Below, in pieces: positions 37,858 through 46,992 of a stretch of DNA of 64,000 nt. Position numbers and translations under genes: made by a program. The notes below the pieces were generated by a model. That model did not search any database and was not told the origin of the DNA. It saw only the letters and a program-made list of their open reading frames with translations. The stretch's first letter is position 1. The number at the start of each line of letters is the position of its first letter. Origin of the DNA: Vicinamibacteria bacterium (GTDB taxonomy: Bacteria > Acidobacteriota > Vicinamibacteria > Marinacidobacterales > Marinacidobacteraceae); contig CAXXLQ010000004.1 in assembly GCA_963668695.2 (NCBI GenBank), positions 704,001 through 768,000 on the forward strand, written 5' to 3'.

Positions 37858-38261
37858 GAGCCATGGTCAAGACGCGGGAGCCATGGTCAAAGCACGGGAG
37901 CCATGGTCAATGGGCCGGAGCCATGGTCAATTCGTCGAATTGATCCCAAAGCAATGGTCCATTGTCGAATCTCGGCGCTTCTGCCCCGAAAGTGGGATCT
38001 CCCGGGTTTCTCGGTGGGATCGGTTGTTTCCGGGCCAAACCGGCCTTTTACGGTCTGGATTCGGTAATTTCGGCCGTTTTCTTCCGGGTTTCAATTCGAG
38101 AACCGGAGACGCGGAGAAACCGGAAACGGCTTTCGAGAAACCCCGGTCCAAGACCCGGCAGGCGCGTGTTAGCCATGGTCAATCGGGACTGAGCTCTGGT
38201 CAATCGGGGTAGCCATGGTCATTTCCGGAGCCATGGTCAAACGGGCCTGAGTTCCGGTCGA
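37858..38261. repeat. Two clusters of ~20-bp-period direct repeats, core AGCCATGGTCAA
   Basis: Exact copies at 37858, 37878, 37898, 37918. A second cluster at 38170, 38191, 38210, 38228. Degenerate copies at 37949 and 38249. Confidence 0.9.
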
Positions 38262-38349
38262 GGGGCGGGGGTTCGCCGTGCTGACGCAACCCCCACCGGG
38301 AGGACCGGGGCGATGCCGGGGTGCACCGCGGCGTTCCCTGCGCACCCGA

Positions 38350-41193
38350 TCAGAAGCCGATGGAGCCCGTGCGGTCCTTGTCGCGCGACTGGGCGATGAG
38401 TTCGGCCGCGACCTGCTCCGGATCGCCCACGAAGCCGAGCTTCTCGGCCCGCTCGCGCACCAGGGCGAAGTCGGCCGGCACGAGGCGGGCGAGGTTTCGT
38501 ACCGGGGCCGGACATTCACCGCCGAAGAAGAACCCCCAGGCGCGAACGACACGGGGCTCATCCAGGAACTTGAAGGTCGCCCGGAAAAGGAAGCGGCGGG
38601 CCGCCGCAGGGTCGAGGCGATCAGCGAGGTTCGTGGTGAAGGCGTACGGGAGATCGTGGCTCTCGAGTTGGCTCAGCATCTCGTTCACCATGCCGATCTC
38701 CCAGTTGCGGTGGGCGCCGCGCCGATCGGCGAGGAAGGAGTCCGCTTCGTCAACAATCAGAAAGCTGTTGGTCGCACGGGCCTCGGCGAAGGCTCCGGCG
38801 ATCTGCTGCTCGGTCTCTCCGACCCACTTGCTCACGAGTTCCGAAGCGCGCTTCGGCAGGGGATCCAAACCCATGCGCTTCGCGAGTTGTTTCGCATATT
38901 CGGACTTCCCGCTCCCGGAAGGACCGTCGAGAAGGATCCCCAGGCGACAGCGGCCGACCTTCACGATCCGGTCGGTCAGCGCGGCGAGATCGGGGTCGGC
39001 GTGGACCAGGGAGAAGTCGTACCTGTCGGCCGGCTTTGTCTCGGCCGTCCCCTTTCCCCGAAGGAGTTGGGCCTTCTCCTTGACGGCGCGCCGTGCCGCT
39101 TCGGCGCCACCTCCGGAGAGAACGGCCACGAGACCGGCGTTCCGAACCTGGCGCGGCGTGACACGGCGGTCGGCAGCCAGTTCTTCGGCGAAGGCCTCCA
39201 TGTCCGCTGACCCACCGCCCGCGAGCAGATCGCGGAACATGCCGGCGCGCCGCTCGCGCGGAAGGTCGCTGAACTCAAGCGAGTACGTCATCCGGTCCAG
39301 GAAATACGGCAGGTACCGTCGCAATTCCCGAATGGAGTTCGCGGTGAACAGGAGAGGGACCGGGCTGTTTTCCACCAAACCGTTCAGCCAGTGCTTGGCT
39401 TCGCCAAAGACGAAGTCCTCGATCTCGTCGAAGAGGATGACGGCCTCCGGCTCGTCCGTCAGCGCCTCGATCGCGTGCTCCAGGCTCACCCGACGCCGTA
39501 CCGGAAGGCGGGATTCGGGACCATGTTCCCTTCCCCCGACCGAGTAGAGCGTCGCTCCCACTTCGGCGGCCACCGTCCGGCAGAACTCGGTCTTTCCACA
39601 GCCCGGAGGACCGTAGGCCAGGAAAGTAATGCCGCGCCCGTCTTCTCGCCCGTTCCCCCGGGCAGAAAGGGCCGCCGCGAAGAGTTGGCGGAAATCCTCC
39701 GCGGCCGGAGCCAAATGCCCGAACGCCTCCCAGGGAAGGTTCGCCCGCACCGGAGCCCCGAGTCGGGGACGGCGGATGTGCGTCGAGATCGTCCGCTCAT
39801 GGGATTCCGCAAACCGGAAAAGATCGTCCGGGAAACCCTGGACCAAGCGAGTGGAGCGAATGGCGCGTTCGATGATGCCCGGGGGGCACTCCAATTCATC
39901 GGCCAGGCGGAACGCGAGAGGTTCCAACGCTTTCCCCTGGAGACTCGTGACACCCGAGTTCCGAAGCATCCGCCGGACGACAGACCGGCGACGGGTGGGA
40001 CTGTGCGCCTTGAAGTGGATCGTCAGATCGAAGCGACGAAGCAGCGCCTCGTCGAACTTCGACAGATCGTTTCCGGTGAACACGATCGGAACCGCCGCGT
40101 CTTCCAGCAGTCGATGATTCTCCCGTCGGCTCCCGTTTCCGGAAGAAAGCACATCCTCCAGCTCATCGCACAGGATGGCGGCGCCCGGCTCGCTCTTCAG
40201 CAACGCCAGCGCCATTCGCAAGCGGTTTCGCTTGTCGGCCGCACGGTCCATCCGGCGGTCGGTGCGTTCCTCCCGCCACACGCCCGAAGACTCCGGTTCG
40301 CAGAGGTCGTAGAGACGGCCGCCGGAAGCGTGGACCAGAGTCTTCGCAGCCTCGGTCTTGCCGGTTCCCGCCCTGCCGTAAAAGAGCAGGCGCACGCCTT
40401 CCCGTGACGCGAGAGCGGCCGTGAGGAGGCGAACCGCGTCCTCTCGTGCGTCGAGATGGTCGAAGGCGTCGAGTTCCAGCAAAGGCTCCGGCGCCAAGGG
40501 AACCAGCCGCTCCTGGAGTTCCTTTTCGGTGGCGACCGGCGGGCGGTAGACCCGTTCGAACCACCCGTCCACGTAGGCGCCGGGCTCGGCGTCATGCGTG
40601 CCCCAACTCCCGGGATCGGCGATCCCGGCCTCGGTCAGTTCGTGAAGCGCTCGTTCCACCCGCGTTCTCGACAACCCCAGCAGCACCGCGCTCGCCTCCA
40701 ACGGATCGCCGAGGCCGTCCTTCACCGCATCCCACAGGTCCTCGGCCGGCGACCCGCGCTCATCGTAGCGGCGGGCCAGTTCGAGCACCGGGCCGCAGTC
40801 TTCGCCGAGTCTGAAACGGCGAACGGCAAGCGACGTAGCGCGTGTTTCATCCCCCTCGGCGGGAGGGTCGGAGAGGGACCGGTCCAAGACGCCGATCGCC
40901 CATTCCAGGAACTCCTTCGCTTGGGGCAGCGCGGAGACCTTGGGGGCGCTCCGCTGGCCGCACCGCCCGGAGCCTCTCCGGCGGCGGCCGAAGGCAGAAT
41001 GGTCGTCTTCGATCTTGTCGAGCCCCAACTCCTGGAACTTCGGAATGAGAAAACCGGCGTCCATCGCCTGGATTTCGTCCTCGTTGTTCGCTATCCAATC
41101 GATCATCCTGGGCCGGAGAACCTTGTCCTCGGCCGCGCGCTGGAACGCTCCCCGCAGATAGCGACGGGTCAGGAAACGGTCGTACTTCTTCAC
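38350..41193 (-). CDS. AAA+ ATPase with three nucleotide-binding modules
   Basis: Walker A GRAGTGKT, GPPGCGKT, GPSGSGKS. Walker B ILCDE, ILFDE, LIVDE. Ends IGF. GTG start after an AAAGGAG RBS. Confidence 0.9.
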   Translation of the reverse strand: MKKYDRFLTRRYLRGAFQRAAEDKVLRPRMIDWIANNEDEIQAMDAGFLIPKFQELGLDKIEDDHSAFGRRRRGSGRCGQRSAPKVSALPQAKEFLEWAIGVLDRSLSDPPAEGDETRATSLAVRRFRLGEDCGPVLELARRYDERGSPAEDLWDAVKDGLGDPLEASAVLLGLSRTRVERALHELTEAGIADPGSWGTHDAEPGAYVDGWFERVYRPPVATEKELQERLVPLAPEPLLELDAFDHLDAREDAVRLLTAALASREGVRLLFYGRAGTGKTEAAKTLVHASGGRLYDLCEPESSGVWREERTDRRMDRAADKRNRLRMALALLKSEPGAAILCDELEDVLSSGNGSRRENHRLLEDAAVPIVFTGNDLSKFDEALLRRFDLTIHFKAHSPTRRRSVVRRMLRNSGVTSLQGKALEPLAFRLADELECPPGIIERAIRSTRLVQGFPDDLFRFAESHERTISTHIRRPRLGAPVRANLPWEAFGHLAPAAEDFRQLFAAALSARGNGREDGRGITFLAYGPPGCGKTEFCRTVAAEVGATLYSVGGREHGPESRLPVRRRVSLEHAIEALTDEPEAVILFDEIEDFVFGEAKHWLNGLVENSPVPLLFTANSIRELRRYLPYFLDRMTYSLEFSDLPRERRAGMFRDLLAGGGSADMEAFAEELAADRRVTPRQVRNAGLVAVLSGGGAEAARRAVKEKAQLLRGKGTAETKPADRYDFSLVHADPDLAALTDRIVKVGRCRLGILLDGPSGSGKSEYAKQLAKRMGLDPLPKRASELVSKWVGETEQQIAGAFAEARATNSFLIVDEADSFLADRRGAHRNWEIGMVNEMLSQLESHDLPYAFTTNLADRLDPAAARRFLFRATFKFLDEPRVVRAWGFFFGGECPAPVRNLARLVPADFALVRERAEKLGFVGDPEQVAAELIAQSRDKDRTGSIGF

Positions 41194-41452
41194 TGGCGCT
41201 CCACTCCTTTGCGATAGGAGGGAGGCTATCTGGGCGAATTGACATTTCCTGTCACCTTCGCCAACGTCTCGCCCGGCATGCAATTGTCGGGGATCTGCGT
41301 CGCACAACGAGCGGCGGCCAGCGCCGCCAAACAGGGCTGCGGACCCTGCGGTTCACTGCACTGTCGCACAGCGGTGCCGGTGTGAACACCGGCGTTCCCT
41401 CTCAGACGGCCCTATCTGCGCGGCTTGATGGCACGGGCCGGCAGCGTCAGCC

Positions 41453-41481
41453 TTGACATGTAGAATGTATGTTTTCATACT
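41453..41481 (+). promoter_or_regulatory. Sigma70 promoter of the second TA operon (probably leaderless mRNA)
   Basis: TTGACA, 17 nt, CATACT. The ATG is 6 nt after the -10 box and there is no SD. Confidence 0.7.
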
Positions 41482-41487
41482 AAACGC

Positions 41488-41727
41488 ATGAATACGATGA
41501 TCCAGGTCCGGAACGTCCCCGAGGCTCTGCAGCGCCGGCTGAAGGCGCGGGCCGCCATGGAGGGGGTCTCCATGTCCGCCTATCTCCGTCGACTGCTCGA
41601 GCGCGCGCTCGAGCGGCCGAGCCGGCAGGAAGTGCTGGACGCGCTGCGCGCCCTGCCCGCGATCGAGCCGGACATCTCGGCGGCGGAAATCCTCCGGGAG
41701 GCGCGCGAATCTCGCTTTGGTGATTGA
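41488..41727 (+). CDS. FitA-like ribbon-helix-helix antitoxin
   Basis: IQVRNVPEALQRRLKARAAMEGVSMSAYL. Confidence 0.85.
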   Translation: MNTMIQVRNVPEALQRRLKARAAMEGVSMSAYLRRLLERALERPSRQEVLDALRALPAIEPDISAAEILREARESRFGD

Positions 41728-42103
41728 CGCCTCCGCCGCCATCGAAATCCTCTTGAAGAGCCCGGCGGGCGAGCGCTTGCTCGACCGACTCGAGGACGGT
41801 GCGGCGGTGCACGCGCCGCACCTGATTGACGTCGAGATCACCCATGTCCTGCGACGACACGTTCTGCGCAACACGCTTGGCGCGGGGCAGGCGGCGGCGT
41901 TCCTCACCCTCTGGCGGCAACTCGACATCGAACGCCACCCCCACGAGTACCTGCTGGAGCGGATCTGGGGCTGGCGCGCCAACCTCACGGCTTACGACGC
42001 CACCTATGTCGCGCTCGCGGAGGTCTTGGGGCAGCCACTCGTCACCGCCGATCGGCGGCTGGCAACCGCCCCCGGAATCACAATTCCCGTCGAGCTGCTC
42101 TGA
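41717..42103 (+). CDS. VapC/PIN domain toxin
   Basis: VIDASA, HAPHLIDVE, NLTAYDATYVALAE, LVTADRRL. Confidence 0.92.
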   Translation: MVIDASAAIEILLKSPAGERLLDRLEDGAAVHAPHLIDVEITHVLRRHVLRNTLGAGQAAAFLTLWRQLDIERHPHEYLLERIWGWRANLTAYDATYVALAEVLGQPLVTADRRLATAPGITIPVELL

Positions 42104-44791
42104 TCAGAAGCTCGGGCCGAAGAGGACGGCGTTCATGAAGAGCCGGGTGAGACCGTCCCAGAAGAGCCTGAAGTTGGGATCGTCGAGAAAGAGCACGGCG
42201 CGGCCGGCGCCGACCCGCTCGGTGACCAAATAGGGGGTGCCGGCGAGGCGGGCGAGCGAGTCCGGAAAGGCGAAGCCGCTGCCGAGGAGCTCGTCCGGAT
42301 CCTCCGGGAATCGGGCGGCCACACCGACGGCAGGATCCGGCTCGAAGGCGAGGCTCGACCACACCATCACCGGGAACCCCTCCTCGTAGCCGAAGCTGAG
42401 AAAACTCTCCGGATTCGGAAGCGCGCGGAGGATGGCGCCCGGGATGACTTCGGCGGGCTGCTCTTCCTGGGCATCGGGCGGCGGGTCGTCCGGGCGTCCG
42501 CCGTCGGTCATGAACGCCGACTTCGAGGCGAACCCCGACTTGAGCCGGGTCCGGATCCACGAAACGCCGTCTCCGGCGAGCCACGCCGAGGCGCCGCGCA
42601 TGGCGATGAGGACGCCGCCCCGCGATGTCCAGTCCTCCAGACGGTCGAGGATTCGCGCCGCCGCTGGATCGTCTCCGGGACTGGGGTAACCCCCGTCCGG
42701 GAGGATGAGGACCCGGTAGCCCCGAAGGTCCGTGACACCGAGCCGTTCCCAGGAGAGGGCGGTGAACGGCAACCCGAAGCGGCGCTCGAAGAGGTACCAC
42801 GGGCTTCCGTAGGCGGAAGGACGGACCGGACCGCTCATCACCATCGCGATCCGGCCCGGCACCACCGGAACGAACTGGTCCGATCCCAGGTGAGGGCCCG
42901 AGGTGGTCAGGGGATTCTCCACCCCGAGGACCCGGGCTCCGGTCGCGGCCAGGTCGTCCAGGCCGGAACGGAGCGCTGCCGGATCCGGTGCTTCCGCGGC
43001 GAAGACCAGCAAAGCCCCGCGGCCGTAATTCTCCCCGCCGGTCTCGAAGGCGCCGGTGCTCACCCGGAACGGAATGCCGGCGGTCAGGAACCGGGCCGCC
43101 GCCCGGGCGGCGTGATCGGAATCCCCCGCAACGACAAATGCGTAGCCGGCAGCCGGATTCCGGAACTCGCCCGGGGTCGGGGACGGATCCCGAAGCGGAT
43201 CCGCGAGCGCGGCCGGCGCCGAGTCTTCCATCGGTGGCAGTCCTCCCGCCTCGGCGACCGTCCACGCGGTGAGGCCGTAGCTGAGCGGGACCGACCAGGC
43301 GGTGATGTCATAGAAGGCGTCGGCGCTGGTCCAGATGTCCGGGTGCCCGAATCCGGGATCAGCGCGGCGCTCGCGATGCTCGTCCACATAGTCGAGGAAT
43401 TCCTCGCTGAACCTCGCGTCCTGCTCGAGCAGGACCTGAAGCAGCCGACTCTCCGGTTGGGCGCCCGGCACCACCAGGCTCCCGGGAGGAACGCTGACTT
43501 CGGCGGCAGGCCCGCTCCGCGGAAACATCGGCAGGGCGGCGCGGACGGTCGTCTCCCGGGAGGTCCGCCGCACTTCAATGCCGCCCCGAAGCAGCACGCC
43601 AAGGACCGCATCGAGCCGCGCGGGGTCGGATGAACCCGAGATCACCCAGCCGCCGGGACGCGCGTCTGCCTCCAGCGCTTCGCGCCGGTAGCTGAGGAAG
43701 TCGCGCAACCGGCGTTCCCGGTTCATCGCGGTGACCGCCAACAGGCTGCGATCCGCGATCAGATGCTGCTCGATGCCGTCCTTCAGGGTGTACTCCCCGC
43801 CGCCCGCCCGGGCGAGTCGCAGCCCGCGCCAGCCGCCCCCGGTGGTCTCGAGGGTGAACCCGATGGAACCGGTGAAGTTGGGCAGGGTGTCCCAGTAGCC
43901 GGGATCGAACTGGCCGAACTCCCAGGGCGTGTAGGGAAAACCCGCGGTGGCAAAGTCAGAGGCCATCGCCCGGCCGTATTCCACCAGCCAGTCGCGCTGG
44001 TTGCCGGTGAGCACACTGTGGAGCGGCTCGGCCATCCAGGGGCCGACGAAGGAATCGGTTTCGCCGTGGTGGTCCACGAAAACCATCGGGCGCGTGTCGA
44101 GGTAGAGCCGGACCAGGGCGCGGTTTTCGGGCTGGGTACTCCAGACCGAGTCCCGGTTCAGGTTGATCTGGTAGTGGTTGTTGTTCGTGGAGAGGCCCCA
44201 GGGGGCGCGGTGCTCGACGGCGTTCGGGTCGGGATCGCCGTCCGGCCAGCTCGCGGTCGCTTTGAACCAGGCGGCGAAGCGCTCGTGGCTGTCCGGGTTT
44301 GACGCCGGAACGATGTACACGACCACGTCTTCCAGGAGTTCGTCGTGGCGGCCGGAGACAAGCTCCCAGGCCATCCAGAGCGCGGCCTCGAAGGCGGCGG
44401 ACTCGTTGCCGTCGTTCCCGTAGTTCAGGAAGACCCCGGCGGGAGTCCCGGCGAGGATTGCCTCGGCCTCGTCAGCGGGTAGCCCTCGCGGGTCCGCGAG
44501 CCGTCTCGTGCCGCCGTGGATCTCGTCGAGCCGGGCGAGATTGGCTGGCGAACTGATGGTGAGGAGGATCAGCTCCCGATGCTCGAAAGTCTCGCCGAAG
44601 ACGGAGACGTGCAGACGTGAGGAACCCTCGATGGCATCGAGATAACGGTAGAGCCCACCGTAGTCGGTGACCGAACCGCCCATCGGATAGCCGAGAACCT
44701 CTTCGGGTGAGGGAACCTGGGCGAGCCCTGGCGGAGCGGCGGCGAGGAGGCCGACCAGACCCAGAGCGTGCAAGGGGAGACGAGAACGCAC
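42104..44791 (-). CDS. Secreted M14-family zinc carboxypeptidase-like protein
   Basis: Signal peptide, GETFEHRELIL, GNE, NPD, NLNRD, FYDITAWSVP, C-terminal DDPNFR. The longer ORF call extends into a MITE. Confidence 0.82.
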   Translation of the reverse strand: MRSRLPLHALGLVGLLAAAPPGLAQVPSPEEVLGYPMGGSVTDYGGLYRYLDAIEGSSRLHVSVFGETFEHRELILLTISSPANLARLDEIHGGTRRLADPRGLPADEAEAILAGTPAGVFLNYGNDGNESAAFEAALWMAWELVSGRHDELLEDVVVYIVPASNPDSHERFAAWFKATASWPDGDPDPNAVEHRAPWGLSTNNNHYQINLNRDSVWSTQPENRALVRLYLDTRPMVFVDHHGETDSFVGPWMAEPLHSVLTGNQRDWLVEYGRAMASDFATAGFPYTPWEFGQFDPGYWDTLPNFTGSIGFTLETTGGGWRGLRLARAGGGEYTLKDGIEQHLIADRSLLAVTAMNRERRLRDFLSYRREALEADARPGGWVISGSSDPARLDAVLGVLLRGGIEVRRTSRETTVRAALPMFPRSGPAAEVSVPPGSLVVPGAQPESRLLQVLLEQDARFSEEFLDYVDEHRERRADPGFGHPDIWTSADAFYDITAWSVPLSYGLTAWTVAEAGGLPPMEDSAPAALADPLRDPSPTPGEFRNPAAGYAFVVAGDSDHAARAAARFLTAGIPFRVSTGAFETGGENYGRGALLVFAAEAPDPAALRSGLDDLAATGARVLGVENPLTTSGPHLGSDQFVPVVPGRIAMVMSGPVRPSAYGSPWYLFERRFGLPFTALSWERLGVTDLRGYRVLILPDGGYPSPGDDPAAARILDRLEDWTSRGGVLIAMRGASAWLAGDGVSWIRTRLKSGFASKSAFMTDGGRPDDPPPDAQEEQPAEVIPGAILRALPNPESFLSFGYEEGFPVMVWSSLAFEPDPAVGVAARFPEDPDELLGSGFAFPDSLARLAGTPYLVTERVGAGRAVLFLDDPNFRLFWDGLTRLFMNAVLFGPSF

Positions 44792-44793
44792 TG

Positions 44794-45012
44794 AACAGCC
44801 TGTGGACAAAGTGGCGTGAGCGCCGAGAGCGCCAGTTCTCCCGGTGGGGGCGAGGCACCCGGCTGACAAGGCGCGCGAGGGAGGAATACCGAGTGTATTT
44901 CGACCGAAACGCAACGATGAGCGGCGCGAAGCGGCGCGGCCAGTTCTCCCGGTGGGGGCCAGGCGGGATGGATCGCCGCTCGAACGCCGCGTGACTTTGT
45001 CCACAGGCTGTT
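44794..45012. mobile_element. MITE-like family A, copy abutting the M14 gene start
   Basis: AACAGCCTGTGGACAAAGT ... ACTTTGTCCACAGGCTGTT, a perfect 19-bp TIR. Confidence 0.85.
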
Positions 45013-45303
45013 GACCTCCGAGTGTACGGATCGCCGAGCCGTCCAGCTTGCGAACGGCGGGGATCGGCTGGTCCGCCAGCCCGAGCCAGTCGCCCCCGGT
45101 TTGACGGCGCACCAGCGTCTGGAAAACGTTCCCGGGGAGTCAGGTAGCCGACAACTACGCTGGTTACCGGCGTCCGCGGAAACCGACTATAGTGGCGAAC
45201 CTGCTTTCGCCGGACAACGGTCACATTGTGTGCCTACCGGCGTAGCAGTTTACGCAGTGTCGGCGACGACAGAGGAAACTCGAAACTAACGAGGAGTAGA
45301 GGC

Positions 45304-46668
45304 ATGTCAGAGAGAGTTCGGTTGAACCGCAGGATGTTCCTGAAAGGTGCCGGCGCGGTCGCAGGCGCGGCGGCGGCGGGGACCTCGCTGTGGACCCCCG
45401 CGGCGGCAGCCGCGGCACCGCTGCAGGGCGGATCCGGCGGGTTCGATTTCGACGCGCCGTACGACCGGGTCGGGACCGATTCGGCCAAGTGGGACGGCAT
45501 CATGGAGCGGTACGGCCGCGAGAACATCCAGGTGGCGATGGGCGTTGCCGACATGGACTTCAAGTGCGCCCCGGCCATCACGGAAGCCCTGGCGGAGCGG
45601 GTCAGGCACGAGAACTGGGGCTACCTCAGCATGCCGGACGACTTCTTCCAGTCGATTGTCGACTGGAACCAGAAGCGCTACGGCCTGGAGATCAATCCCG
45701 AGTTGATGGCCCTCTCGGACGGCGTCCACCCGGCGGTGATCGCGGCGCTCAGGGCGTTCGCACGACCCGGCAGCAAGGTGATCCTGACGACGTCGACCTA
45801 CAGCGGCTTCTACACCGATCTGAGGTTGTCCCAGACGATCGCGGAAGAGAGCCCGCTGATCATCGAGAACGGGGTCCACCGGTTGGACTTCGATGACATC
45901 GAATCCCGGATCTCGCAGGACACCGACGCGCTGATCCTTTGCAACCCGCAGAATCCGACCGGAAACTGCTGGTCGCCGGAAGACCTGATGCGCCTGGGCC
46001 AAATCTGTCTGGAGCGCCGCGTGGTCGTTCTGTCCGACGAGATCCACTGCGATTTCGTCACCCAGGGGCAGAAGTACACTCCGTTCCAAAGCCTGCCCGA
46101 CAAGGCGGTGGTGGACAACAGCGTCACGTTCAAGTCGGGGAGCAAGACGTTCAGCCTGGCGGCGATGAAGGTCGCGTGGTTCCACACCACCAATCCGGAG
46201 TACTTCGAGAAGGTCCAGGCTCAGCACCGCGCGCAGACCAACACGCTCGGCGTGGTGGCGCACCATGCCGCCCTGCGGGGCGCCGAGGACTGGCTGGACG
46301 AGTTGCTGGTCTATCTGGACGGCAACCACAACTTCGTCGAGCAGTACGTCCGCGAGAACATCCCGCAGATCAAGTACACCAAGGCGCAGGGCACCTACCT
46401 CGCCTGGCTGGATGTCACCGATCTCGCCGAGCAGATCGGCGCGGCGGAGAAGGCCGTGGCGGCCAGCGCGGAGGAGGAGGCGGAGGAGCCGGTGACGCCG
46501 GAGAACATCGTCGCCCGTTGGCTGGTCGACAACGCCGGCGTGTACACCAACGCCGGGTCGAGCTACGGCCCGGGTGGCGAGAATCACATGCGGATGAACC
46601 TCGGCACGTCACGGCAGATGATCAAGCTGGCGCTCGACAACATCTCGGAGGCGATCAGCGGACTCTAG
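45304..46668 (+). CDS. MalY/PatB-like PLP enzyme (C-S lyase/aminotransferase class I/II) with Tat signal
   Basis: NRRMFLK signal. MGVADMDF, LCNPQNPTG, SDEIHCD, SKTFSLA, GTYLAWLD. Confidence 0.88.
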   Translation: MSERVRLNRRMFLKGAGAVAGAAAAGTSLWTPAAAAAAPLQGGSGGFDFDAPYDRVGTDSAKWDGIMERYGRENIQVAMGVADMDFKCAPAITEALAERVRHENWGYLSMPDDFFQSIVDWNQKRYGLEINPELMALSDGVHPAVIAALRAFARPGSKVILTTSTYSGFYTDLRLSQTIAEESPLIIENGVHRLDFDDIESRISQDTDALILCNPQNPTGNCWSPEDLMRLGQICLERRVVVLSDEIHCDFVTQGQKYTPFQSLPDKAVVDNSVTFKSGSKTFSLAAMKVAWFHTTNPEYFEKVQAQHRAQTNTLGVVAHHAALRGAEDWLDELLVYLDGNHNFVEQYVRENIPQIKYTKAQGTYLAWLDVTDLAEQIGAAEKAVAASAEEEAEEPVTPENIVARWLVDNAGVYTNAGSSYGPGGENHMRMNLGTSRQMIKLALDNISEAISGL

Positions 46669-46710
46669 GATCGTGCAAAGTCTTCGCCGGACCGCGAAGG
46701 CCTGACCACG

Positions 46711-46986
46711 ATGCGCCGCCGCGAGTTTGCCGCGCTCGCCGCCGGGGGCGCGGCTGCCGCTCTCTGGCAGCAGGCCTGCTCGGAAGTGAAGGTGACCAGC
46801 GAGGTCTCGATCAGAACCGCCGAAGCTCTGCTGGACCACCAGGGACCGCGGGGGATCTACGAGGATCTCGCCGAGCTGGACCGGTTGCGCCGGGCCATTG
46901 CGAACATGGTGGAAGTCCAGCGGACGCTGAGGGAGTTCCCGCTGGATCCCGACGAACCGCCGCTACTCATCTTCCGGCGGGGCTAA
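46711..46986 (+). CDS. Small Tat (lipo)protein, possible AtzG/GatC-like amidase partner
   Basis: MRRREF..QQAC signal. Ends LREFPLDPDEPPLLIF. Lies 6 nt upstream of an amidase. Confidence 0.6.
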   Translation: MRRREFAALAAGGAAAALWQQACSEVKVTSEVSIRTAEALLDHQGPRGIYEDLAELDRLRRAIANMVEVQRTLREFPLDPDEPPLLIFRRG

Positions 46987-46992
46987 CAACCC

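Noticed and set aside
37858-38261. CRISPR or mini-CRISPR array
   Set aside because: The repeat is 12-13 bp and the linkers are only 5-8 nt. No cas genes are present in the window.
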